Shown: positions 40,249 through 50,817, counted from the stretch's first letter. The stretch: DNA of 64,000 bases from Candidatus Woesearchaeota archaeon (GCA_018303485.1 JAGVYC010000014.1:425-64424); one strand, 5' to 3'. Numbers and translations: made by a program. Notes: a model not told the origin generated them from the letters alone.

Positions 40249-41517
40249 ATGATCGACATAAAACTCATAAGGGAAAATCCAAAACTGGTAAAAGAATCAC
40301 AAAGAAAAAGAAATTTGCCAGAGAGAATAATTGATGACCTGCTTAATTTAGATAAAGAATGGAGAAAGACAAAAGAAGAAGCTGATGATTTAAGGTCGGA
40401 AAGAAATAAAATTAGTTTACAGATAAATGAATTCAAAAAGGAAAAAAAAGATATTTCTCAGTTAATTAAAAGGGCAAAAGAGATTCCAGAAAGGCTAAAG
40501 CAGTTGGAAGAAACAGAAAATGAATTAGGATCAAAATCAAAAGGCTTATTGTTAAATCTGCCAAACATAATAGATAAATCTGTTCCTATTGGGGATGCAT
40601 CTAAAAATAAAGTTTTAAAAGAGTATGGCAAAAAGCAAAAATATAAATTCAAGATTAAAGGCCATGAAGAGCTATTAAAGGACTTAGATCTGCTGGATTT
40701 GGAAAAAGCCTCTCAAGTAAGCGGGGCAAGATTTTATTATCTCAAGGGAGACATGGCAAGATTAAATTATGCAATAATAAACTTCGCGAAGGATTTTCTT
40801 TCAAAAAAAAGGTTTACATTTATACAGCCGCCTTACATGCTGAACAGGCAAGCATTGTCTTGTGCAATTACGCTTGCAACATTTGAAGATACAATATACA
40901 AGATTGAGAATGAAGACCTATATCTTATAGGAACAGCAGAGCATGCATTGAACGCATATTACATGAATGAAACAATAGATGCAAAAAAGTTGCCAATAAG
41001 ATTTTTTGGCATATCACCTTGCTTTAGAAAAGAAGCAGGTGCACATGGAAAAGATACAAAGGGCATATTTCGAGTGCACCAGTTTGACAAGATAGAGCAA
41101 TTTGTTTTTTGCAGGCCAGAAAATTCATGGAAAGAATTTGAGCTTATACTAAATAACACCACATCAATGTTTAAGATGCTTGGCATTCCATTCAGGTCTG
41201 TTACATTATCATCAGGTGATACAGGCATTGTTGCATCAAAAACCATTGATTTAGAAGGCTGGTTCCCTGTCCAGAATGCATACCGCGAATTAGCCTCCTG
41301 CAGCAATGTTTTAGACTACCAAGCAAGAAGGGGCAATATAAAGTATGTTGAAAATGATGAAAAGAAGCTAGTTCATACATTAAATAATACAGCAATAGCT
41401 ACACAAAGAATGCTTGCTTGCATGGTTGAAAACTTCCAGCAAAAAGACGGCTCAATAAAAATACCAAAAGTTCTGCATAAATATGCTGGTTTTAAAATCA
41501 TTAAAGCAAAACAATGA
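40249..41517 (+). CDS. serS: seryl-tRNA synthetase
   Basis: N-terminal coiled-coil arm; class II motif 2 'FRKEAGAHGKDTKGIFRVHQFDKIE', motif 3 region; 422 aa. Confidence 0.9.
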   Translation: MIDIKLIRENPKLVKESQRKRNLPERIIDDLLNLDKEWRKTKEEADDLRSERNKISLQINEFKKEKKDISQLIKRAKEIPERLKQLEETENELGSKSKGLLLNLPNIIDKSVPIGDASKNKVLKEYGKKQKYKFKIKGHEELLKDLDLLDLEKASQVSGARFYYLKGDMARLNYAIINFAKDFLSKKRFTFIQPPYMLNRQALSCAITLATFEDTIYKIENEDLYLIGTAEHALNAYYMNETIDAKKLPIRFFGISPCFRKEAGAHGKDTKGIFRVHQFDKIEQFVFCRPENSWKEFELILNNTTSMFKMLGIPFRSVTLSSGDTGIVASKTIDLEGWFPVQNAYRELASCSNVLDYQARRGNIKYVENDEKKLVHTLNNTAIATQRMLACMVENFQQKDGSIKIPKVLHKYAGFKIIKAKQ

Positions 41518-41580
41518 TGCTCTTTTTTGCAGGTTAAGCGCAAAAGAAAGCTTTTTAAAAATACCTAATAATTCTCTAAT

Positions 41581-43764
41581 ATGGCAGACCTAATAATTTG
41601 CGAGAAACCATCTTCATCCGAGAAGGTAGCTAAAGCCCTGGCAGATAGCAAGGTAAGCAAGAAAACCGAAAAAGGAATATCTTATTATGAGATAAGCCAC
41701 AATAGCAAACAGATATTAGTTGCCTGTGCAGTTGGTCACTTGTATACCTTGGCAGAAACAAACAAGAAAAAATGGACTTATCCTATCTTTGATATAGAAT
41801 GGACTGAATCTAGTGAGGTCAGCAAGTCAGCTGCTTATACAAAGAAATATCTTGATGTAATAAAAAAATTAGCAAAAAAATCAGAAGAAATAATCATATC
41901 AACAGATTATGATGTTGAAGGCGAAGTAATAGGTCTAAATATAGTAAGGTTTGCTTGCAACAAGAAAGATGCATCTCGTATGAAGTTCTCAACATTGACA
42001 AAAGATGAACTAATAGACTCTTACGAACACGCCTCTAAACATTTAGACTGGCCTCAGGCAGAAGCAGGCGAAACTCGCCACTTTCTTGACTATTATTTTG
42101 GAATAAACCTTTCAAGGGCATTAACACTGTCAATAAAGAATTCAACAGGCTCTTTTAAATTGATGTCATCTGGCAGAGTTCAGGGCCCTACATTAAAGAT
42201 TCTTGCAGATCGAGAGCGCGAAATTTTAGCATTTAAATCAGAACCATACTGGCAAATAGGAATTAAAACAGAAAATGATATAACTGCATTTCATGAAGAA
42301 GGAAAATTCTTTGACAAGAAAAAAGCAGAAGCAATATTCAATAAAATAAAGGATAATTCTGCAACTGTCTCAAAGTTAGAAAGAAAAGAATATGCCCAAG
42401 ATCCACCACATCCATTTGATCTGACAACAATGCAACTGGAAGCATATAAAACTCTAAGGATAACACCAAAAGAAACACTGGCTTTAGCGCAAAACTTATA
42501 CATTAATGGTTACATCTCATATCCAAGAACAAGCTCCCACCAACTGCCTGAATCTTTGGGATATAAAAAAATATTGCAAAGCATTGCGTCACAGGATAAA
42601 TACAAGCACCTTGCTAATGAATTATTAAAAAATAAGATTCTAAAGCCAAATAATGGCAAGAGAACTGATCCAGCACATCCTGCAATTTACATCACCTCGG
42701 AAATACCAAAAAGCCTGGGCGATAGAGAGCAAAAACTTTATGACCTAATAGTCCACCGCCTTTTAGCAACATTTGCAGACAAAGCAATTATGGAGACAAT
42801 GAATCTAAACCTTGATGTAAGGGGCGAGAATTTCATAGCTAAGGGGACAAGGACAAAGATTCCTGGATGGCACAAGTTTTACGAGCCATATTTGATGATA
42901 AAAGAAGTTGAATTGCCAGAAGTCAAGGAGAAACAAATATTAAAAGTAACTGAATCAGCAATGCTTGAAAAAGAAACCCAGCCTCCAAAAAGATATACAC
43001 CTGCTTCAATAATAAAAGAGCTTGACAAAAAAAATCTTGGAACAAAATCAACGCGCGCAGAAATCCTGGACAGCTTATACCAAAGAACTTACATAAAAAA
43101 TGAGTCAATAGAAGTAACTAATTTGGGACTGAAAACCATTGAAACTCTTGAAAAATACTGCCCAGAAATCATAGATGAAAATTTGACGAGGAATTTCGAG
43201 GTTGAAATGGATCAGATAAGGGAAAAAACAAAAAAGCCAAAAGAAGTTCTTGATGAAGCAAAAAAATTCTTGACAAAAACTTTAGATCATTTCAAGCAAA
43301 ATGAAGAAAAAATAGGTAATGCCCTTGCAGAAGCAAACAGGGAAACAAGAAACAAGGAAATCTTCATTGGAAAGTGCCCTATTTGCAAGGAAGGCGATTT
43401 GCAGATTAGAAGGGGAAAATATGGCATATTTGCAGCTTGCAACAGGTATGAGCAAGGCTGCAGCACTACATTCACTTTGCCAAAAAATGCATTAGTAAAG
43501 GGATCTGAAAAAAACTGCGAAATCTGCAATTACCCAAAGGTTCTAATCATTAAGGCTAGAAGAAAGCCCCAAGAAATATGCATTAACCCAAACTGCGAGA
43601 GCAAAAAGCAAGAGGAAGAAAAGCTAAAAGAGCTTGTCAAGGGAAAAAAATGCCCAAAATGCAGCAGTGATTTAATAGTTAAGAGCGGAGTTTACGGCTC
43701 TTTTCTGGCATGCCCAGGTTACCCGAAATGCAAGCATATAGAGAACATTAAAAAACTGGTTTAA
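41581..43764 (+). CDS. topA: DNA topoisomerase IA with C-terminal zinc ribbons
   Basis: Toprim 'IICEKPSS','DYDVEGE'; active-site 'GYISYPRTSS'; C-terminal Cys4 fingers 'CPICKEG...CNRYEQGC', 'CPKCSS...CPGYPKC'. Confidence 0.9.
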   Translation: MADLIICEKPSSSEKVAKALADSKVSKKTEKGISYYEISHNSKQILVACAVGHLYTLAETNKKKWTYPIFDIEWTESSEVSKSAAYTKKYLDVIKKLAKKSEEIIISTDYDVEGEVIGLNIVRFACNKKDASRMKFSTLTKDELIDSYEHASKHLDWPQAEAGETRHFLDYYFGINLSRALTLSIKNSTGSFKLMSSGRVQGPTLKILADREREILAFKSEPYWQIGIKTENDITAFHEEGKFFDKKKAEAIFNKIKDNSATVSKLERKEYAQDPPHPFDLTTMQLEAYKTLRITPKETLALAQNLYINGYISYPRTSSHQLPESLGYKKILQSIASQDKYKHLANELLKNKILKPNNGKRTDPAHPAIYITSEIPKSLGDREQKLYDLIVHRLLATFADKAIMETMNLNLDVRGENFIAKGTRTKIPGWHKFYEPYLMIKEVELPEVKEKQILKVTESAMLEKETQPPKRYTPASIIKELDKKNLGTKSTRAEILDSLYQRTYIKNESIEVTNLGLKTIETLEKYCPEIIDENLTRNFEVEMDQIREKTKKPKEVLDEAKKFLTKTLDHFKQNEEKIGNALAEANRETRNKEIFIGKCPICKEGDLQIRRGKYGIFAACNRYEQGCSTTFTLPKNALVKGSEKNCEICNYPKVLIIKARRKPQEICINPNCESKKQEEEKLKELVKGKKCPKCSSDLIVKSGVYGSFLACPGYPKCKHIENIKKLV

Positions 43765-44140
43765 TAACAGGTTACTATTGTAATTATTCTTTTAAAAACC
43801 CATTTATAAATATATGAAAACTATACATTTCATAAAATAGATTTAATGATAAGTGAATATGGCAGAGATTATAACATATATGGGGAATTTAACCTATGGT
43901 GGGAAGGGAAGTTTAAATTGGAATATAAAGAAAGAGAGATATGTTCAAAGATTAAAAAATTTTTAGAGATGCCCAAAATAATAGCATTAACCGGACTAAG
44001 AAGGGTGAAAAACTACAATAATGCTAAAGATCATAGAGGAATGGCTTTCTTCAGGGTTTGACCCGCAAAATATATTCTTCTTTTAATTTGATGATTTTAA
44101 AGGTAGTCAAATTATCAACAAAATATAGTCATTTGATAGA

Positions 44141-44794
44141 TTAAATCTTAACAATGCCCTCTTTTTTAATTTCGAACAGCATGTCTTTGGAAAACGGCTT
44201 CTCAACAATTAATCTTCTGGGTTTTTTCTCAAGCCTTATTATTACATCGCTATTATTAACAACTATTTTCCCACCAGTAGGATTCAACAATCCGCTTTTT
44301 AAATCAGAATAAACCTGATTTATGATTAAGATAGGTATATTCTTTGCCAAGTCCTTTAATATCATAATCTGCTTCCCAAGTATTGCATTTGCCTTTACAT
44401 AATCTTTTTTAACATTCATCCTGTAAAAATTTCCAATGGTGTCTACAATAATTAATGAAACACCCTTAACAGAGCTAATTTCCTTTATTGCCTTGTGCTG
44501 GTAAAAAAAATTTCTAACCTTTATTAGGATTATCTTTTTTATAACATTATCAAAATCATTGGTTAATTGCTTTAGCCTCTCGATGTTAAATCCATTTTCA
44601 GTGTCTAAAAATATAACCTTTCCTTGCTTGCTGTATTCTATTGCTGCCATCTTTGCTAGTGTTGTTTTTCCAGAAGAAGCTTCGCCATAAATCAAAGTCA
44701 GCCCTTTATAAGATCCTATAATTTCATCAAGCACATTGCAGCCAGTTTTTGCCATAAGCATTATAACAATTAAATCATTTAAAAACTTACTCAA
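44141..44794 (-). CDS. RecA-superfamily ATPase, RadB/KaiC-like
   Basis: Walker A 'GEASSGKTTLA', Walker B 'LIIVDTIG'; 217 aa. Confidence 0.6.
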   Translation of the reverse strand: MSKFLNDLIVIMLMAKTGCNVLDEIIGSYKGLTLIYGEASSGKTTLAKMAAIEYSKQGKVIFLDTENGFNIERLKQLTNDFDNVIKKIILIKVRNFFYQHKAIKEISSVKGVSLIIVDTIGNFYRMNVKKDYVKANAILGKQIMILKDLAKNIPILIINQVYSDLKSGLLNPTGGKIVVNNSDVIIRLEKKPRRLIVEKPFSKDMLFEIKKEGIVKI

Positions 44795-44829
44795 TGTATC
44801 TTAAATATACAACAGTCTCACCGAATATC

Positions 44830-45765
44830 TTACGGAAGATTATTATATTTTGTAAATGAAAGCATCCATTGTAATATAAGCAAGAATAATATAATTGATA
44901 TCAATAATGGGGACAGTCTTAAACCAACATTTTGATTTCTTACATTAGAAATTTCAGAATAAGAATTCTTAATTTCATTTTCATCATCAGCCGCGTAATA
45001 CTTGCCGTTTGAGTTAAAAGCAAGTTTCATCAGCAGCTCTTCATCTATAGTTGATATCGCCTCGCTTCCTGAAAACTTTCCGCCTTTTGTTGTTCCAATC
45101 CCAATTGTATAAACAGTTATGTGTGCATTATTGACGTAATCAATTCCTTTTTCAACAGGCACTCCAACAGTAGATCTTCCATCAGTGAGCAATATTATTG
45201 TTTTTGGCCTTGTTTCCATTAAAACTAAATTAGTTGATGTTACTAATGCATTTCCAATGTCTGTTCCCCCAACCTCTTTGATGTCTATCTTATCTATGCT
45301 CTCTTTAGCTTTGTTAAAATCAGCAGTCAGCTCTTGTTCAACAAATGTTGTCCCAGAAAAAGCAACAACAGCAATTCTTGCATCCCTTGGCATGTTATCT
45401 ACGAATTCCTTTGCTGCATTTTTTGCAACCTCCAACCTGTTTGGTGAGAAATCATCAGCAGTCATGCTTGCACTTGCATCAATTGCTAATACAAAATCTA
45501 CATTATTGCTCTTGCCAAAATACCATAGTGTTGTGCCAGAAGCAGCAAGTACAAGGAAAATAAGGATAAGCAAGCTAACTGAAAATGCCAGCATGTTGTG
45601 CGTTAATAATTTTGTAGGTCTGAACACCCTTGATATAGCTTCAAAATTCGAAAATTTCAATGCAGCCTTTTTCTTATATTTTAAATTATAAACATAAGCA
45701 GCTATAAGCAGAGGTATACCAAATAAGAAATACAGATTATTTGGGTCTGTAAATATTACCTCCAT
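44830..45765 (-). CDS. von Willebrand factor A domain membrane protein (BatA-like)
   Basis: N-terminal TMs, MIDAS 'VLAIDASASM' ... 'TDGRS'; C-terminal TM. Confidence 0.75.
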   Translation of the reverse strand: MEVIFTDPNNLYFLFGIPLLIAAYVYNLKYKKKAALKFSNFEAISRVFRPTKLLTHNMLAFSVSLLILIFLVLAASGTTLWYFGKSNNVDFVLAIDASASMTADDFSPNRLEVAKNAAKEFVDNMPRDARIAVVAFSGTTFVEQELTADFNKAKESIDKIDIKEVGGTDIGNALVTSTNLVLMETRPKTIILLTDGRSTVGVPVEKGIDYVNNAHITVYTIGIGTTKGGKFSGSEAISTIDEELLMKLAFNSNGKYYAADDENEIKNSYSEISNVRNQNVGLRLSPLLISIILFLLILQWMLSFTKYNNLP

Positions 45766-46643
45766 TGTTTGTTCCTCATATTAAAAAACTCTGTTATTGG
45801 TTCAACAAAAGATGCATTTGTATACAGCTTGATAAAGCCCTGTCTTGATTTCAAAAATGCCCTTTCAACATTTTTTTCCTGTTTTTTAGTAAATTCCTCA
45901 TATCTTCTTTTAACACCAGAGCTGTTAACAGTCATTTGTTCATTTGTTACAGGATCTTCTATAGTAACAAGCTCTCCTTTAGCAGGCAGTTTGCTGTCCC
46001 TTATATCTCTAATCATTACTGCTATTACTTCATATTTTTGTGATAACAGCTTAATGTTTTCTTCCCACCTGCCTTTCATATTTATGAAATCAGATAATAT
46101 AAATATTATATCCCCTTTTTTTACAAAATTTAACAAAAATTCAGAAGCTTTATTGAAATTAAACCCACCACCATAATATTTCGGATCAGTTATGCTGTTC
46201 GAGAATATATAAAACTGCTTAGGACCATTTACAAAAGGATACTTGCATTTGTCATTATCTGCAAACAAAGAAAAACCAACAGCATCTCCGCTCTGCAGTA
46301 TTGTATGAGCTAATGATAAAGCAACTTCTGCTGCATATTCCCCCTTTAATTTTGATATTGATCCAAACTCCATATTTGAGCTTACATCAATCAGAAAAAA
46401 AACATTAAGGTTTCTTTCTTCAACAAACTCCCTCACAAGCAGTTCATTAGCTCGAACAGAAGCTCTCCAGTCTATAATTTTGGAATCATCGTCATTCTCA
46501 GAGTATGCCCTGTAACCATCAAATTCTACCCCCTTGCCCTTGAAAATGCTCCTATATTTTCCAATCATTCCTGCTTTTATCGGCGATTTTATGGAAATAT
46601 CTAAATTCAATATGTTATGTATATCCACATATAGTTTACTCAT
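45756..46643 (-). CDS. DUF58-family protein (vWA-like, MoxR partner)
   Basis: 'VFFLIDVSSNMEFGS' degenerate MIDAS; sits between MoxR and vWA genes with 4-10 nt overlaps. Confidence 0.7.
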   Translation of the reverse strand: MSKLYVDIHNILNLDISIKSPIKAGMIGKYRSIFKGKGVEFDGYRAYSENDDDSKIIDWRASVRANELLVREFVEERNLNVFFLIDVSSNMEFGSISKLKGEYAAEVALSLAHTILQSGDAVGFSLFADNDKCKYPFVNGPKQFYIFSNSITDPKYYGGGFNFNKASEFLLNFVKKGDIIFILSDFINMKGRWEENIKLLSQKYEVIAVMIRDIRDSKLPAKGELVTIEDPVTNEQMTVNSSGVKRRYEEFTKKQEKNVERAFLKSRQGFIKLYTNASFVEPITEFFNMRNKQWR

Positions 46644-47620
46644 GTTATCTTTACTTTTTTCAGAATCTCATCTATAATATTATCAGTGGTTATCTTCTTA
46701 GCAAGACCTTCATAAGTTAATATTATCCTGTGCCTTAATACATCATGTGCAACATCTTTTATGTATTGTGGCACAACAAAATTTTTTCCATTTAGCAATG
46801 CTTCTGCCCTTGCTGCAATAGCCAGGTTTATAGCTGCTCTTGGCGATGCGCCATATTCAATATAATAACCGCTTTTTATTCCATAATTTTTTGAATTCCT
46901 TGTTGCATCAACTATTCTTGTTATGTAATTTTTTACTTTGTCATTTACCATTATATTCCTAGCTGATTTTTGCATTTCGCTTATTCTAGAAGGTTTTATA
47001 ACTGGTTTTATGCCAAAATCTTCAAATTTATGTATGTTTATGTTCTGGTCTATTACTATTTTCTCTTCATTCATTGAAGGATAGCCAATAAACAATTTAA
47101 ACAAAAACCTGTCCATTTGGGCTTCAGGCAGAGGGTAAACACCAGAGCTTTCAATTGGGTTTTGTGTTGCCATGACAAAAAAAGGATTTAGCATAGAAAA
47201 TGTCTCTTTGCCTATTGTTGTCTGTCTTTCCTGCATGGATTCTAGCAAAGCTGACTGTACTTTTGGCGGAGCCCTATTTATTTCATCAGCAAGAACAAAA
47301 TTTGCAAATATGGGCCCTTTAACAAAATAAAATCCCCTGTCTTTGTTATATGCTGTTATGCCTGTTATGTCTGTTGGCAATAAATCTACTGTGAATTGTA
47401 TTCTTGATGTGTTGCATCCAGTTGCTCTTGCCAGAACCCTCATAATAATAGTTTTCGCTGTTCCAGGTAAACCTTCAATAAGAACATGGCCGTCAGCAAC
47501 TATTGCTCTTAAAATAGCATGGACAACCCTGTCTTGCCCAACAATTAATTTTTTGACCTCTTTTTTAATGTCATTTAAATCCTTTTGATATTGCTGGATA
47601 TCCATAATTATTATTAGCAA
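46640..47620 (-). CDS. MoxR-family AAA+ ATPase
   Basis: Walker A 'GLPGTAKT', 'LADEINRAPPKVQSALLE' Walker B/sensor; 326 aa. Confidence 0.85.
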   Translation of the reverse strand: MLIIIMDIQQYQKDLNDIKKEVKKLIVGQDRVVHAILRAIVADGHVLIEGLPGTAKTIIMRVLARATGCNTSRIQFTVDLLPTDITGITAYNKDRGFYFVKGPIFANFVLADEINRAPPKVQSALLESMQERQTTIGKETFSMLNPFFVMATQNPIESSGVYPLPEAQMDRFLFKLFIGYPSMNEEKIVIDQNINIHKFEDFGIKPVIKPSRISEMQKSARNIMVNDKVKNYITRIVDATRNSKNYGIKSGYYIEYGASPRAAINLAIAARAEALLNGKNFVVPQYIKDVAHDVLRHRIILTYEGLAKKITTDNIIDEILKKVKIT

Positions 47621-47699
47621 TTTGTATCATATAAATAGGTTTTCTGTAACTGCTATGTAACTACAAAGATATTTATATCACAATATATAGTTAAAAAAC

Positions 47700-48062
47700 A
47701 TGCAATTGCTAAAAAATCTTTTCAATAGCAAAAAAAAGCCTGCAAAAGCAAAAAGAGACCATGAAAAACTAAAAAAGCAGGTATCATACAAATTAGATTA
47801 TGCATTGCATAAAAAAGATGAAAGCCTGTTTATAAGCACATTAAAGGATTTTTTTTCAGAATTCTTTCACATAAAGCATGAATTTACCTTTGAAGAGCTG
47901 CTTAAAATAGTTAATGCTAAAAAAATCAGCAAAAATACAAGGGCAAAGTTAACAGGCATTATTGGGGAAATTAATGAAACTTATTATTCAACAGAAAAAT
48001 TGCCAAAGGAGAAATTAAAGGAGTTTAATTCAGGAATTAAAGAAGTTATAAGAGAGCTCTAA
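47700..48062 (+). CDS. hypothetical basic protein (120 aa)
   Basis: ORF only. Confidence 0.35.
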   Translation: MQLLKNLFNSKKKPAKAKRDHEKLKKQVSYKLDYALHKKDESLFISTLKDFFSEFFHIKHEFTFEELLKIVNAKKISKNTRAKLTGIIGEINETYYSTEKLPKEKLKEFNSGIKEVIREL

Positions 48063-48139
48063 TTATACCCCTTTCTTAACCATTGCTAGAATTATCATTG
48101 AAAAAGCACATAGAATTTATCATACTTGCATAATTGATT

Positions 48140-49432
48140 TCACTGGAAATTTCTCTTCTTATACTGCACAGGATTTTTTATATTTCTGCACAAAACATGA
48201 TTGCAGTTTACATTCAAATCCCTGTAATATGCCTCATTATTGCAGTTGGGCGGCATTATATCTTCTTTTTGCCTTCTATGCCAGCTTATCTGGCTTTTGA
48301 TATACCCTTCTTTCAGGGGTTCATAATTTTTCCCATTCCATTCCATAATCATCTTATCAATATCATCGAATTCATAGCCAACTTTTTTCAGATAAGTTAT
48401 TAAAACAAACAGCGCCCTTTTCCTTCCATCTGTTTTGACACCCTCTAATATCCTTGATATGCAAGGGGCAAATAAATCCGGCTTTAATGCCATTGTTGGC
48501 TTTTCATAAACTCTCTTTATTTTTCTAACTTCATTTTTGTCTAAATTCTTTTCATACCAGTCAAATGCCTGCACCATTAAGTTAGTGGCTTCTCCATCAG
48601 CAAGATTCTTGTTTAAGAACCTTATTTCTGTATTTACTTTGTCCATTTTTGCTTTGCTTATGTCAAATTTTAGAACATTTTTTTTGTCTATTGGTATGCT
48701 CACTAAACCACTTTTTTCATTCAATGAATAAGAGCACCTGAATAAATGCCTATGTGCTATCAAAACCGGATCTATGTCAACAACACAAAAAGGATTTAAT
48801 ACATTATTTGTCACTATTTCATTGAACTTTTTTCCAGTAATCTTCATTATCTCATCAATATTGCTTATTTTCATTATTTCTTTTCTTAGCTCATCCTTTA
48901 TCATGTTTTTCAAGTATAATGCTACGACCTTTGTTCCTTCTGGAAATAAAAACCTCATTTCTTTTTTATTTACGTACTTAGGAAATAACTCAAATGGAAC
49001 AATTATGTGGAATCCAGATCTTCCTGAGAATTTGATTCCCATGCCTGTTATATCATAAAACTCCAGGGCATCAATTATCAATTTTGCGCATATCTTTGAA
49101 TAATCAAGAAAATTACTGTCTACATCAAGCAATAAATCCCACCCAATTTTAAAGTCATTCAATGATTTTTTGTCATCTCTGCCAAGAACAAAGGGATCAC
49201 TCCATCTTTCTTCAGATATATGAAAAGATGTGGCTCCTTGCCTGGCAAGCTCTAAAACATCACCTTCAAACTGAAGTACATCCGGCCTTTTTCCATATCC
49301 TTTATCCCCGAATTTTACAGCAACTTCCCTATTCTTGGCTATGCTAACCATCTCTTTTTGAATGTCTTTTTTCGAGTAATACCTTAGTATTTTCTCATTC
49401 ATCATCATAAAATATATGTAATATATTGCCAA
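48140..49432 (-). CDS. DNA primase: PriS catalytic domain fused to a PriL-CTD-like 4-Cys module
   Basis: Catalytic 'LLLDVDSN' (DxD) and 'SGRSGFHIIV'; C-terminal ~110 aa carries C(73)C(12)C(4)C spacing resembling the PriL Fe-S domain; no separate priL seen in window. Confidence 0.7.
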   Translation of the reverse strand: MAIYYIYFMMMNEKILRYYSKKDIQKEMVSIAKNREVAVKFGDKGYGKRPDVLQFEGDVLELARQGATSFHISEERWSDPFVLGRDDKKSLNDFKIGWDLLLDVDSNFLDYSKICAKLIIDALEFYDITGMGIKFSGRSGFHIIVPFELFPKYVNKKEMRFLFPEGTKVVALYLKNMIKDELRKEIMKISNIDEIMKITGKKFNEIVTNNVLNPFCVVDIDPVLIAHRHLFRCSYSLNEKSGLVSIPIDKKNVLKFDISKAKMDKVNTEIRFLNKNLADGEATNLMVQAFDWYEKNLDKNEVRKIKRVYEKPTMALKPDLFAPCISRILEGVKTDGRKRALFVLITYLKKVGYEFDDIDKMIMEWNGKNYEPLKEGYIKSQISWHRRQKEDIMPPNCNNEAYYRDLNVNCNHVLCRNIKNPVQYKKRNFQ

Positions 49433-49455
49433 ACTTAGTCTAAAAATCTTTCGAA

Positions 49456-49842
49456 TTATTCCTTGCTTGCTGGTGCTCCCATTTCAAGCACCATATTAGA
49501 AAGCTCCCTGTCAATTTCTTCTGCAGCAGTTTTTAACTCGCTAGCTTGTTTTTCAATTATATCTTTTGCATCACTGATGTTTTTTTTCACAATAACATTC
49601 CCGCCAACATTCATCAGTATTTTTTCCGGATCATTAATTTTTGTTTCTATGAATATTCCGCCGCCAATAGGAGCCAGTATTTCATCACTCTTTTTTAACC
49701 CCTTTAAATTATTTATGCTCTCAAGAACCATTGCAATTTCATTATATTCTTGTTTTATAAGCACTAGATGCTGTTGCAATTGCTGAATCTCTTGCCTTTT
49801 TAAATTCAAATTTTCATTATCCTCACTTTGTTCTTTTTGCAT
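49456..49842 (-). CDS. pfdA: prefoldin alpha subunit
   Basis: Coiled coil - two beta-hairpins ('GGGIFIETKI','VGGNVIVKK') - coiled coil; conserved position next to L14e/L34e. Confidence 0.65.
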   Translation of the reverse strand: MQKEQSEDNENLNLKRQEIQQLQQHLVLIKQEYNEIAMVLESINNLKGLKKSDEILAPIGGGIFIETKINDPEKILMNVGGNVIVKKNISDAKDIIEKQASELKTAAEEIDRELSNMVLEMGAPASKE

Positions 49843-50116
49843 TTTTCTTTACAGCCCTTTTTCCAACAGCAACCCTCTTTTTTGCTATTAAACCCTCTTC
49901 ATTCATAGCACTCAGTATCTCTGCTTTGTCAGAGGTTTTGCTCACTTTTAAGACCATATCCAATGGCTCTAAATGTGAGATGTTGCACCTTTTTCTGGTA
50001 ACTTCCCCTTCTATTAAAACAAAATTATTATCAAGCTTGTCTATTACAACACAATACTTGCCTGCTTCTTTTCCAGTCAGTTTTACACAAACCCTTCCAG
50101 TATCATAAATCATCAT
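49823..50116 (-). CDS. rpl14e: ribosomal protein L14e
   Basis: KOW-like 'GRVCVKLTGKEAGKYCVVID'; conserved context. Confidence 0.75.
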   Translation of the reverse strand: MMIYDTGRVCVKLTGKEAGKYCVVIDKLDNNFVLIEGEVTRKRCNISHLEPLDMVLKVSKTSDKAEILSAMNEEGLIAKKRVAVGKRAVKKNAKRTK

Positions 50117-50117
50117 T

Positions 50118-50360
50118 TTAGCTCCGTACCTTTCTTATTATTTCATTTCTCATGCATTTGCTGCACAAGCTGCCGCCATAAGGTCTATTTGGTCTCTTTT
50201 TGCTCTTTGCCAAGCCTCTAAACTTGCTATTGCTTAATTTTGGAATCCCCTGCAATCTCTTGCCGCATATGCCACAGCCAGCGATTTTTGGTATAGCTCT
50301 TTTCTCAATTACCTTTAACTTGTTTCCCGGCAGCTTGGAATATAATTTTCTTATTTTCAT
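50118..50360 (-). CDS. rpl34e: ribosomal protein L34e
   Basis: 'CGICGKRLQGIP' zinc-ribbon typical of L34e; 80 aa. Confidence 0.8.
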   Translation of the reverse strand: MKIRKLYSKLPGNKLKVIEKRAIPKIAGCGICGKRLQGIPKLSNSKFRGLAKSKKRPNRPYGGSLCSKCMRNEIIRKVRS

Positions 50361-50813
50361 TTAATGCACCTTTAATATTTTTCTTAAAATCTGGCTGAAA
50401 ACCACTGAAAAAATAATATATGCCCATATCCAACCCAAACCCAAAAATATCTTTGGATTGCCAATAGCATTATAATATTCTCTTAGATAAACAAATAAAA
50501 GAGCCATTGGTATGAATGTTATTATCATGGGCTTAAAATTATGCTTGAACGAATCAATGAATGTGCCCTTAAACTGCTCAAGTTGTTTTTTTTGCAGCTC
50601 AGCCAGCTTATCTGGATTATTTTTATGGTCTTTTAATTCTTTCTGCAGTTGTATGCTTTCTTCCTTTATTCTTTTTAGCTCTGCCTGATTGCTTGCATAC
50701 TTGTATATTATTGTTATTAAAAGAGTTAAAATGAAAGTTAATGCTGCCATGCCATATAATTGATGCCAATTCAGTAGAACTCCCACACTCTTGTCTAAAT
50801 ATTCATAAGCCAT
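50361..50813 (-). CDS. DUF106-family membrane protein (archaeal Oxa1/EMC3-like insertase)
   Basis: TM1 - long K/E coiled coil - TM2 - TM3 topology, 150 aa; occupies the conserved DUF106 slot between secY and L34e. Confidence 0.55.
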   Translation of the reverse strand: MAYEYLDKSVGVLLNWHQLYGMAALTFILTLLITIIYKYASNQAELKRIKEESIQLQKELKDHKNNPDKLAELQKKQLEQFKGTFIDSFKHNFKPMIITFIPMALLFVYLREYYNAIGNPKIFLGLGWIWAYIIFSVVFSQILRKILKVH

Positions 50814-50817
50814 AATT

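Noticed and set aside
43846-44061. 71-aa ORF in the 376-nt gap after topA
   Set aside because: It has no motif and its composition is unremarkable. It could be real, but nothing supports it, so it is left uncalled.
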